From Isurus oxyrinchus (Eukaryota), in the NCBI GenBank assembly GCA_026770705.1, contig JANJGN010000047.1, positions 4,588,001 to 4,652,000 on the forward strand: DNA of 64,000 bases, written 5' to 3'. The position numbers and the translations under genes were made by a program. The notes beneath the pieces are model-generated. The model was given only the letters and a program-made list of their open reading frames with translations. It was not told where the DNA came from and made no database searches. Each line of letters begins with the position of its first letter. The first letter of the stretch is position 1. Of this stretch, positions 52,721 through 64,000 are shown piece after piece.

Positions 52721-53412
52721 CTGTAAAATATCAGACCAATTATTCCATACTACGGAATTTGGGAAACCTGAGGAACGGCAGAGATGAGCATGTGGACCCT
52801 GCGAAAGTATTGGCGCCTTGAACTATGTGTGAACATCCTGGGAAGTTTCAACTTCATCTGGGGAATTCCCCTGCTCTCTGGGAAACTCCGCAATAGAGCT
52901 GAATCAAGGACACCTGCATGCTCCGGTGTGCTCCCCAGGGTCGTTACGCCATGGAATTTATACAGGGAGTGAGAACATAAAACACTGATCTAACAGCTGG
53001 GCAACTGAATAACCGGACTCTGCAATCGCTGTCACTGATTACCGCAAGAGCATGCCAATTCATTCATGCGAGTGGCGAGGGAGAGGGTATAATGCTTGCG
53101 GGATTTTCCGAACATTCTTCGCTTTCCATGGATTGTCCGGGTCACCTCACAGCAAGAAGCCAGCAGTGATATAAAGTAGGGTGCAACGTGCCGTTCCGGT
53201 GTGAGCTTAACTTTATAAATTAACACAATTATTGACATGAGTGTATGACACGCAAGCATTCTAATTATTTATAACATTAACTCCAACTGGAATATCCTGC
53301 CCTAAGTCTCATTCTTTAGCTATCGGCTGTCCCAAAATAACATTTCCTCCTTTATTCCAGGGGAAAGAAATCAGATACGATGGGCGATGCGAAGCAGAAG
53401 AAATATTTGTAC

Positions 53413-53726
53413 CTGAGCAGATCGCGCTGGCATCATCGTTGTGTGAAATGGAATAGTGATCCCAGGAAACTGATGTACACTCTCGCAGGGCGGCCTCGTT
53501 CCCGCTGCACTGAACATTATATGTCACAACGGGTCCGGAGCCTTCCCCAAAGTGAGCCCCGCCCGGTGCAGAGACCGCGGTCCCGCAGCCCAGCTCCCGA
53601 CACACAACAGCGGCGTCCTGCAGGTCCCAGCTGTCATCATCCACAGTCCCCCACTGCCCCCATAGTGAATCTCCACTCTTCCTGCGCATCGACTGCCCCC
53701 ATTCGCCAGTCTCAGTTTCACAGCCT
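53413..53726 (-). CDS. SRCR domain 1 exon with 1-bp frameshift (314 bp)
   Basis: AVKLRLANGGSRCAGRVEIHY in one frame and GQWGTVDDDSWDLQDAAVVCRELGCG...SHNDDASAICS in another. The switch is at the C5 run 53,657-53,661. Confidence 0.9.
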
Positions 53727-54434
53727 CTGTAAAATACAATAATAAGCATAGAATTACAACCTATTAAAACCGCGAGACCCAGCTAACCGGTCTCCATTTT
53801 CTGCAGGTCAGAGCAGAAGGATTTGGCCCAATCTCCCATTGAAACTCGATTCAAATGTCAAACCTTTCAAACACAAGGATATAATTGTATTAAACCCATA
53901 AACGAGCCGGTATAAGTTGGAGAGATGCCCCTTCTGGGACAGTTTGTCGATACGTTCAGAATTTATTCCAGTCCCCGGAGATCAGGAGATGGAGGAGACT
54001 ATAATAGCGAACCCAGTGATTGGCGGAGAGTGAGATCCATTCAGAGTATCAGAGCACAAATTGCATTATTCTTCTCCCAGCCAGCCCCACCCTCCCCCAA
54101 CCTCCGGAACTGGAATGTCATGTAACCTCTATCTCTGTCTGTTCGCGAATTGGCAGCCCATTTGGGATCAAAAGCAGTATCAGTGGTTATTGCCATTCTC
54201 CTCTCCCGGACACAAGTCATGGTCACTCTGCATTAGACAGCAATTTTCCCACAACAGGGTTTAAGTATGTTCATTATCAGAGTGCAGGAAACATTCCGTT
54301 CCTCCCTGACAGGCACATGGAGAGCAAGTTAATCAATGATCAAGTCGGTACCGCAATTGTCTCCAGCAGTTAGTTTTAATTCACGTAGAGTGGACAGAAA
54401 AATTTCAGATAATATGAAAATTGAGAGTTATTAC

Positions 54435-54467
54435 CTGATGGATCAGCCTGACTGCTCCCAGTTCTGC
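54435..54467 (-). CDS. N-terminal micro-exon: RTGSSQADPS
   Basis: TTTCATTTCAG| ... |GTAATA, 33 bp, phase 1-1. Confidence 0.6.
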
Positions 54468-55859
54468 CTGAAATGAAATGTTGAAAATTAAAGTTTCATG
54501 AGGGTAAGAGAACGATGAAATGGACAAAAGCGTTCTTTGTTCAAAGCAAATGCGAGAATATTTTGTCATTTTTTGAACATAAGGTTTTCAGGAACTTTAT
54601 GTTAAAAAATTCAACAAAACACCCAAGTTTCCATCATTATCTGAAGGTAGATTTCCCGTCGCTTTTCAGAAGAAATAATCCCGCGATTTGTGATTTAATC
54701 TGTTTTCCACTCCTAATGAAGCATCCACTACAGGCTCAGTAGCAGGTTCATGTTATTAACTGGTCAACGTTTACCCAGGAGATCCCGAGAAAACCCATTA
54801 CACAGAACACCTCTTCACCATCTAAGGTCCCTCTAGCATACTAAAGATAGTATGTTTACCACAGCCACTCTCGGTTCTCCAAGACATGGTGACCGGCCTG
54901 TTTTTGGTCACTTTCCATTTGTTGGTTTCACACCATTGATTGTGCGTTAACATTTTCCATAATGGGCTCTGCTTTTTAGTTTAACCAGGAGGATATTCTG
55001 GTATCTCTATATTCCCTGTTTAAAGTGTTAAAGAACATCTCACATTGATTCCCGCCCTCAGTTGAATTTTTGCAACCCCTTGTATGATTTCTGCCATTCC
55101 TGCACAAAGCCTGCACCTTCCTAGAATATATTACTCAGGCGTTTATTGGAAGTGTCTCTGATTGCCTGGGTAATGTAAGTCGCAACAATACTCAAGAAGC
55201 TGCGCACCAGCTAGTTCATAGCAACCCCCTTGAGCGGCAGTCCAAACAGCTCCACATTAAGCACCTCATGCAAAAGATGCACAAGATATAAATGCGACCT
55301 AAAGCCTGATACAAACCGACCCAAAGCAATGCAAGATTGAGAGTTGAGATCTGATATCTCATTAGCTACAACACGATCCTGTTATAAAAACATATGAAGC
55401 ATGTGGAAAAGGCTGACAAACATTCAGGTTCACATAAGTAATATACATATAAAAGTTTTCCTTAGGTAAGTGATTTAATTAAAACAGATTTCAGGCCCCC
55501 CAAAAAGAAACACATAATCAAGCATGTTTACATGTTAATTGCCTGTGAAATGTGAGATGTTATGCTCTCCTCGTCTATCAGCACACAATTAATACTCAAT
55601 ATAACCATAATTATCCTATCACAACCAACATTGTTCGATCGCAATTTACAATTTAAATTTGAAAAAAATATAACAGTCATTGTCCATAATTCCAAAGTTA
55701 AATTGAAAACACTATTTGAAATCTATCCGCTCATTATAGCACACAGCAGTCACAACCCTCTGCCACTGATAAACATCTGTTTTAAGAAATATGCGCACGG
55801 GTTCAGTTGGCAGAAAAGGCAACTTTAACAAGGTTTGTACAGTCGGCCAGTGACCTTAC

Positions 55860-55915
55860 ATCGCAGAATGTGATCCACGCTTCTCTTAGAGTAAATGCTC
55901 TCTGCTTCTAGCACT
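55860..55915 (-). CDS. Candidate N-terminal exon: VLEAESIYSKRSVDHILR
   Basis: TTAATCCCAG(AG)| acceptor, |GTAAGG donor ending in phase 1; open frame. Confidence 0.35.
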
Positions 55916-58900
55916 CTGGGATTAAAAACATTTGCAATTGACGCTGCTTTGCCTGTACAAGAGCCGCAGGGGAGAACATAAAACTAACTGACTCGTTTTT
56001 GGAGTTGTATTCTGGATTACATCGAAATGTGATATGTATTTGGCCACGTATTCAAAGTTTCTGTTAGGCAGATGCAAGTTAATATTTAGATGTCACATTT
56101 ATTAATAGAATTTGATAAATTAATTTCCCTTTTTAATGTCGAATGAATGGAAAATAATGCAGTCCGTAATATGCATTCAATGACATTTCCACAATTTAAA
56201 TAAACAGTTTCAAATCTCTCTCCATTTAATATAAATGTTAACATAAGCCCGCTTTTGGGGATTTAAACCTGATCTGCGCTTGGTTTGTGAAAATGATTCG
56301 GGATTATATTAATTTCGTCTTCTGTCTCCTTTCTGCTCTCTGCAGGGAATGTTCGTAAAATTGGCGACACAATTAGGATTTTAGAATTAAAACTTTTATT
56401 TTTCATGTTTTGTTTAAAAAATAAAGTAAATAGCCAATGTAAATATATTTTGATAAATGAAAAATGTGTCTGATAATTCTCGAATTTATTCCCTGTCAGT
56501 AAAACACAATTTATTTTTGTGCTTTTCACCGCCAAAGCAGCAAAAAAAAATCCTCGCCCCGATGCAAAGTAATTGAAAAATAAATCCCGAGATCCCCTTA
56601 AGTCCACATAAAAGTTATCGGGAATTTGGAAGGAGGAGGATAAAACTTGATAATTTCCTGAATCTGTACACAGATAATGAGCGAAGCAGAAACTACAACT
56701 TCATATCAAACAGTCAAAATATTGATGCAAGTAAAAGATAAGAAAAATTCTGAGCAAATATGTAAATATAAGAACATTTTTAGCTAAGTGTTTGTAGATT
56801 GCAGGTAATAATTATACATATGGTAAAAGTTAATTCAAGCAATGTTTATTCTACTCTATTCAAAAATATTATCCAACCCTCTACTACTGAATAAAGCATT
56901 TGCATGCTTCTTATTTCACTGTATCACAAGTAGGTTTGACCGCATTTCTTCTGAGGAAATTCAGTTACTGAAACATCTGCAATGGTTCATTCACCAGTGA
57001 GTGCTGCCCTGACCAGGATTTTGTACTCATTGAGATAATTTACATTCCAGAATTTGTTCCGTTCCTTTCTAGCAACGACGGTCTCCATTCCTTATCCACT
57101 GAATTTAAATAACCAGGTTCGAATTGTATGTCTAGTCTGCTGTTTCTGTCCAAGAGGCGCAGAGGTGAAGATAAAAGCAAACTGCTGGGAGTGTGATCAC
57201 TTTCGACCTTTTCACACCCATGTCTCAGTTTCAATTGGAAATAAGTAAAACATGTTAGCCCAGATTACGGCCACCAAAAGCAATGGTCAACATTTGGCCT
57301 TTTGAACTCGGCGGACTTAAAATGAAGCAAATGTGCAAACTGTCTACATTCAGAATTCAACGCAATTAAATTAACTGTTTCAGGATTCACTTAAACAACC
57401 CAAATTAATTATGGATTTAAGGAAAGATAATCCAATTTTCCACAAAGAATTTTGTTCATTCCTGTATTTGTGTAAAGTGCTTTCTGGAGCAATATATAAT
57501 ACATGCTTCCAGCAGTGTTTTTATTTAGAAGACATATTCCTCAAATAAGTTACAATGCCTGGCGTTTAGTGTCAGTCATTTATTTCTAAATAATTGAAAC
57601 TGATTTAGGGAGCCATATGCCTTTTACTGTGTACATGACAAGAATGCAGGGAGGTTTCCCTGTCACTAAGGCAGCATTTCCTATTGTTAATAAGAGATTT
57701 ATAATTGTAAAAGAAGACACACACTGGAAGCAGCAACAAATCTCAACCACGGCATCGACATAAAACTGAATAATAATATCAGGCAGGTGGAAGGAAGTAA
57801 AGGCACAAGACTCGATACCTCATTAAACACCGTGAAAAATAATGAGAATTTGGAATAAATGTGAACCAACGTAATTATGACATAAACCTGAAAAACAAAC
57901 AATTCAATGGGAATTTTAACATCCATACAATGTGGTCATACGTGGAAGGTTGTATTAAAAATTAAGCAAGAGCATTAATAAGTCACTTCCCATGAGTTAA
58001 AGAAGTTGCAGTAACTATATATTTGGAGAATGCACTTAATTGCCAAAAGAAAACATTATAAAATTAATTGTGCTCTTTATTCCTATTTCAATATAAACTA
58101 TTTATCGAACTTGCAAAACACTCTAAAGCAGAACCAACTGTTATAGATGCTGTAGTGTTTGCCCCTATATCACACCGAATTCCCGCGGAACATCGAATGA
58201 GAAATACCCCTGACAGTAATATGTTAGGAGGCTCACACCTTTGAAGGTGCAGTTTCATACTCAGTTAGTTGACATGAACAAAGACTCCGCTCCATGATAT
58301 TCTAACAGTGACGGCTCTCTACGTCGTACCAGCTCTGCTGAAATTGTCTGATCATCGTGCAAATCTTAATAGGTTGAGCGTGAGGAAGAGTAGCAGGAGA
58401 CTCAATAAATTCAGCTGCTGTGTTATTTATGTTGTAGTTCGGACTTAAATCGTTCTGACCTAAATATCACATTTAAAACAATCACCAACCAGGTGTAAAA
58501 ACCTTTCAAATATGATTCAAAATGATCGATTTTTAAATCAATTGAAATGCCTAAAATATTAACTGCCTAAGTTTTTGGCAAATAAACTCGAGCCGTCAAT
58601 CCTCAATTCACATGATCTTCATGAAGGGCAGAAATAAATGTAAAAAGTCCGTGCTCAATAAATAAAACCCAGACTGGATTATTCTCTCGGGAAATCCATC
58701 TGTTTTATATCTGTACAACTTTCTCAGTTAGGAAAGTTTACAACTCCGAACTAGCCAGCCGGTTAAGGGACCTCAGGTAAACGCCTACAGGGAACAGGGA
58801 CCTATGCACACGGGTAAAGCCATAGCAATTTGCGTTCAGAATGAGGGCCTTCGGCTGAATGGGCCTGCGCGGGTCGAATAATCGGATACCACCTGGTCAC

Positions 58901-60479
58901 CCTTTCCATTTTTGGTCGCTTTCTTTGTGCTCTACCATAATGTAAATGCGCAAGAGAACATGTTTTAAATGTGATGAGAGTTTCCGCATTCACCGGCCTT
59001 TCAGGCAGCGAGTTTCCTTCGATCTGCGTATTATTTTGAAGCAATATCCCATTACTCAACAGGCAAACGTGTTAATATTTGAATAAACATCCAAAACTAA
59101 CCATACAATATAACTCAATGTATTCTGCAGTAAATATCAATATGTGCATTAATAAGATTCATTGTTTAATAATATTGGAAACCTCAATGTAGAACATGAT
59201 AATATTAATTTGTAAAACTTACATTTCAGAACTGCAGTGCAATTAGAGTTAGAAAGGACCGCAGCATCGTCCCGGCACTCGATTCCTGCGCTGGGAATTG
59301 AGCATTAAGCGAATGCTGTGCACAAATGCCAGGCTCTGTTTCGAACACCTTCCAAAAACCGGGCTAAGGCTCAATTAAGTGTTTGAAAACAGTTTGAACA
59401 GAGTTGGCTCTTCCTTCTAAATAACATATAGATGTTATGATGTGAGAGCACTAGAGTGCCGCCTGGTAACAGACCAATGAGAATGAACTTGCCCATTAAA
59501 GGATAAAACGAACCGAGGGAACATCCATCGCCTTTTCCTCTTCGGATGGAAAGGAAATGCGTCAACAACACTGTATCAGATCATTGAATCATTGAAAGTT
59601 ACAACAGAAGCTTACAAAGCAGTGGGCTCTTACACCTACTGCGTCACAACTGCTGTTATCCCTACATGCATTTGCAAATGAGTTCTCTTAAAGCACATGT
59701 CCAATTGCCTTCTAAAGAATCCTGTGGAATATGATTACCCATTCTGTCCTGTGGTGCATTCCAGGTCTTAGCAAGCCGCTGTGTGATTAAATTTCTGTTC
59801 AGGGTAACAATGTTGCCAATTTATTTAACGTCATAACATCTAGTTAATGACACAAAAGCCAGTTGGAATACTTTTCCCCATTCGCCCTGAGATATATCTC
59901 TTTATGTGTGTTTAGCCTGTGTGTGTGTCTGTGCGATCGTTTGTGTTTCTCTGTATCTGCCTTGTTCCTGGCTTACTCTCTCTAATTCAGTCTCTGTCTT
60001 TCTAACCACGTGACTCTCTAACTGTCTCTCCATTTCTTTGCTCCTATTACATGACTTGCCTGTTCAGTACAAAAAACGGTGGAAAAAAAAAAAAACAAGT
60101 GAAGGTGTTGATGTAAAATGCAAACAAAACAGGACGCAAGAATTTACAGCCAGTGGTGCATCAACTCCGGAAAGAAACGGTTATCGTTTCATGTCGAGAT
60201 GACCTGCCATTTTAACCAGTTCCGAACCACGTGAAAAGTTATTTCAACATGAATCATTAACGCTATTCGTTACTGGTGGCTTTGGGATGAGATATTAAAT
60301 TAACTTGAAAATCAACAGACATTGCAAGAAAAAAATATGATTTTTATTTCAGGCTAGAAGTCGGGTATAAAAATAAGAAGAACATGCCTTCAAGCGATAA
60401 CAAAGAAGGTAAGGAACAACAAAATGATTATGTACTTGTTTATCATTGTTATTCTAAAATCAAAATCAGAGTGGCCAAC

Positions 60480-63400
60480 TCAGTAGCCTCATGGGAGCTA
60501 TTCGGTTATGTTTGACAGCTTTAGTGTTTTAATTTTTAAGATTGGTGTGATGTATTTTTGCATCCTGACTATAATCTATGTTTGAGCTGGGGAGCGTCTG
60601 CAAACTTTAGCTAACTATTGAGATTGAAAAAAAACCTGAGTCTGAATATCGGCTGCATCTCCATTGACTTCTAATTGATTGGTGTCCATTGTTGTCACAC
60701 TTTGAGAAAATGCTTCATTTAGAGGGCAGTTGTTTGATTACTATTATCACCAATAACAGATGTGTAGAGATCACCATTATAACTTGGGCGGTTTTCCCAA
60801 TTTACCCAGTTGGAACTATGCCGCTCCTAAATCATTCTCTATATGCGGCCGAAATGTACTTGCACCTTCTTCGGGAAAAATCACCAATCATTTGAAAAAA
60901 TGTGTTTCTATCAATCAGAGCAGGTCTGGGGGAGAGGTAGAGAGCACAGGGATATTTGTTGCGACATGAAATGTGTTATTTCCACATAAGTAATTAGTAC
61001 TGAAAATGTTTGTAGGAAAGCCCACAGCAGCTGCTTGTGTGCAGATTTACAGAGAACTCGCTGTATGTTTTGCTGTTGTGCAGAACTGACAGGAAGCACC
61101 TGGCGTTGTGGTGATGTCGGCACCAGCAACCTCGTCGTTGCTCCCTTATAATATTCACATAACTCTTGTGAATATTGAACATGTCCAGGCCAATGAATCG
61201 GGGCTGTATATTGGGATAACGGCACCAGTTCACGGGAATAGCATGACAGAATGTCGCCTGCAAATAGTCCTAACCAGTGTCATTAATAGTTGTTCAGGGA
61301 ATAAGATGTCGGTAAACTGTGGAGACAGTCTGGCGTCTGCAACAAGCAATACGTCTACTTCGGCTGCTTTAACCGACTATTGGCATTGCTCAGGCTGTGA
61401 AAGTCTACAGCCAACATGTGGGCATTTATCACCGCTCCCACCCCGCCCCCAAATTCCTCCCTAACGTCACCCTCCTTCAAGCTACTGGCGGCCAGGGTTT
61501 CTGCTGAATAAAATACATGATTCGGAGTAGCCAAATTCCCCAGAGCAGACTAGAGGCAGCACTTTACGGATGGGATTCCGATTAGGCCTAAAATTTACGT
61601 CGGATAACGAGCATGCCTCTTTTTGTTTGGGTGCTGAATATCTTTAATGTGTTGTTGTACAGTGTGCAGTGTATCAGTTTAAATTGTAATGGATGGTTTG
61701 GTAATATGAAAAGTGATAAACACTGGAGAATTTCTGAGATGCCAGTTCACTTTCAGAGCACTTGGTTAACATTTCTACATTTTATGCATTTATTAGCGAG
61801 GGATGAATTAATGGGTCGTGAAAACTTTGTTAAGTGAGGATTTTTAAATCCGTTGCTTGGTGCTCAGTAAAATGAATATTTGGACATTGAGGTGATTGTT
61901 GTAGCAGGTGAGGTATAATTCTTGTAGCAGGTGCTATTGTTTTTTAACATTCGTGTGCTTCGAGTCATTTTATTGATGTTGAATCAGCAAGGAATACAAA
62001 CTTTAATATGGTATTTGCATGCCTCGGTTTATATAAATTATATTTTGCCAAATGCCAATTTACCTCAAAATGTATCACTTAGCAAAGCCCAATACAAGAT
62101 TTAATTTGTTATTTGCTGGCTCACCTGATCACCGCTTATATACAATGCTGAAGGATTTAATGTTTCACTTCTGATGATGACTGCAATGCCTAAATATGAG
62201 AAAGTGCCCCTAACACATACCCGTTCGGAGCAGTACTGGACTGCTGCATCATGTAAAATCACTGACCATTCAGGATTGCTCCCTGCTTTCTGTCCCCCTG
62301 GCGTATTTTCGGCCAGTTGATTTTGCTGCTTTGATTAATGTCTGGCGTTTACCTATATCCAATTTCTGAATGTGTTTCAAATTCAAGGTCGTCAATTTAT
62401 TCTCTCATAATCACACGTTAGGGAAAATCTACTCTCCAGCACGTACAGATTCAAAGTAGGTGTTTAGTACAAAAATCATGCGCTCTGCCGACAATGGAAA
62501 TTTTATTTGTTAGTCCCTAATCATCCCGAGCCATCATTTAAAGCCAATTAATGAATTAAGCTAATGATCGAACCATTTTCACATTAATCCCAAATAATCC
62601 CGAAGGCCGTGCAAAGACTGTGCCTGTGTTCACACAGTTTTCGCATGTTTTTTGAAAGGGTAGTTGATTCAATTAATGATGTCGGGCATTCATACGCCCA
62701 AGCTGATTTATGCGAGTCAGTCTACAGAAGTTGAGTAAGGTTTAATCAGGAAGCTGATACAGTTAATGGTCAAGTTCAGGTTAAACCAATGGTTGAATTA
62801 CGTCATTATTGATATTTCTTTATGAGCGCTAGTTGAATACTCAATTCTATTTGACCATATTATTGTGCTTGCATTTTTAAAAAGCTCAGTGTGTCATGGA
62901 ACGTTACATACGATTTTAATTAGAAATTATTCGCCTTATTGGAATAGTTTAGTTAATTGATAGTGCATTGTTTTACCGTTTTTAAAATATCAAATGAATA
63001 CACGATTAACTACATCGACAGTGGTACGGAAAGATATTGCTGTTTTTCTGTGGGTCTGCCATTGTCCATATGTTTATGGCGCTCACTAAGTCAACTGGCG
63101 CAGTCTCAGTTCACGGTTTTTCCGTCAGATGATTGGCACATATTGCAGGGGCCCAACATGGGAGTTGTGTCAGTACAGCTTGATTTTATGAGTGGTGCTT
63201 CATCTTCTATTTCAACACATCAGACGGAGGCTTTATTGACTTTTTTGCGTTGTAAGGACGAGAGTCGCAGTTTTTGGACTGGTCGAAGTTAATGTTATTA
63301 TATTGTTTGGATGAGGGTTGGTTTGTGGGGCGCTTGTCCTTTTGGAGGAGTGAGGGAGTTTATGGGTAGCAAGTCAGTTTAATGACAGTTGGGTACATAA

Positions 63401-63885
63401 TGTCTCAGTGCTAGCTTGGAGGTAATGGACGGGTTAATTTGACACGATTACTTGCTAATCATCGGGAGAGTGCATCGGCAGGGCGACGATTTCTAACTCC
63501 TCAATTGCTTTGGGACACGGATAATCTCTTGGTTCTTGTTTGTTATCCTAAAAGTGAGTAAATATGTTATTAGTGCTCAAGATTGAAGATAATGTGTCAC
63601 TTTGGTGTTGATTAAAAATTTTCCCTCTTTCTGGTTACTTTGTATTCACAACGTCAGTTTATAAGCCATTATGTCAGCTAATGGCTGAGTGTCGCTGTAG
63701 AGTCACGCGGTCAGATAAATTAGTTTTGGCTTTCCTATGAGCTTGGAACAGAATCACAATCTTCATCAACAGGTAGTTCTGTGTGAGTGTGTGTGTTCAG
63801 TCATTGACATTGATGCAATGAACAAAAAAACAAAGTTGACAAGCTCAAATTGGTGCGCATGTTGCCTGGCACACCGTCCTCGGCC
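60480..63885 (-). other. Decayed endogenous viral element, L/RdRp-like (copy 2)
   Basis: Motif-A-like D*-/-K*NFHCRQ (62,488-62,515), LNLYV, NTPGGQKAGSNPEWSVILHDAAVQYCSERV..GTFSYLG (~62,195-62,305), FLADSTSIK, VQYSQELCEYYKGA, CKYISAAYRE*F...IGKTAQ (60,785-60,864). The left boundary is approximate. Confidence 0.58.
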
Positions 63886-63904
63886 TTGCAGAGTCTGTGG
63901 ACCT

Positions 63905-64000
63905 AAACTCAGACACTTCTTCACCCCATCTGGAACAAAACCCCACCAACAAACATCAAGCTATAGTTTGCAAGCCTGCGACTGAAGTCACTCCAAGGGA
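63905..64000 (+). mobile_element. Start of the paralogous old Penelope fragment
   Basis: CACTTCTTCACCCCATCTGGA... matches 3550-3630. Confidence 0.65.

Larger units (their letters stand above)
32658..55915 (-). other. CD163/WC1/SCART-like group-B SRCR type I membrane receptor gene (7 SRCR + TM + Tyr tail); frameshifted in SRCR1; first and last exons not located
   Basis: Series of phase-1 exons with canonical AG/GT boundaries, listed individually. Confidence 0.88.

Noticed and set aside
57000-58420. Possible signal-peptide exon (e.g. LLSLLLLFLTL at ~58,375-58,410; MKLHLQ at ~58,240)
   Set aside because: No candidate combined an ATG, a hydrophobic core and a phase-compatible donor.
61500-61700. 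TQTKRGML...SAASSLLWGIW as a retroviral env furin site plus fusion peptide
   Set aside because: Not conserved in frame in copy 1; no heptad/ISD/CX6CC, LTR, PBS or pol nearby. The ordered RdRp-like motifs explain the region better.

Overview
Vertebrate genomic DNA, most likely a cartilaginous fish (inferred from the CR1/Penelope repeat landscape and a shark-type GPR139-like receptor). Main contents: (1) A minus-strand multi-exon group-B SRCR transmembrane receptor gene (CD163/WC1/SCART-like, ~32.7-55.9 kb) with 7 SRCR exons, linker micro-exons, a TM exon and a Tyr-motif tail (IYEEI, YDDA). It has a 1-bp frameshift in SRCR1. (2) A decayed GPR139/142-like GPCR (~9.7-10.5 kb). (3) Many CR1/L2-group LINE fragments, Penelope-like elements with TSDs and hammerhead-like termini, and mini/microsatellites. 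(4) The most notable item: two diverged copies (1-3.5 kb and ~60.5-63.9 kb) of a heavily decayed minus-strand reading frame. Its conceptual translation shows, in the right order and spacing, motifs resembling the L protein (RdRp) of a negative-strand RNA virus. This is a candidate endogenous viral element duplicated within a ~60-61 kb segmental repeat. All calls are by eye; no database search was run.
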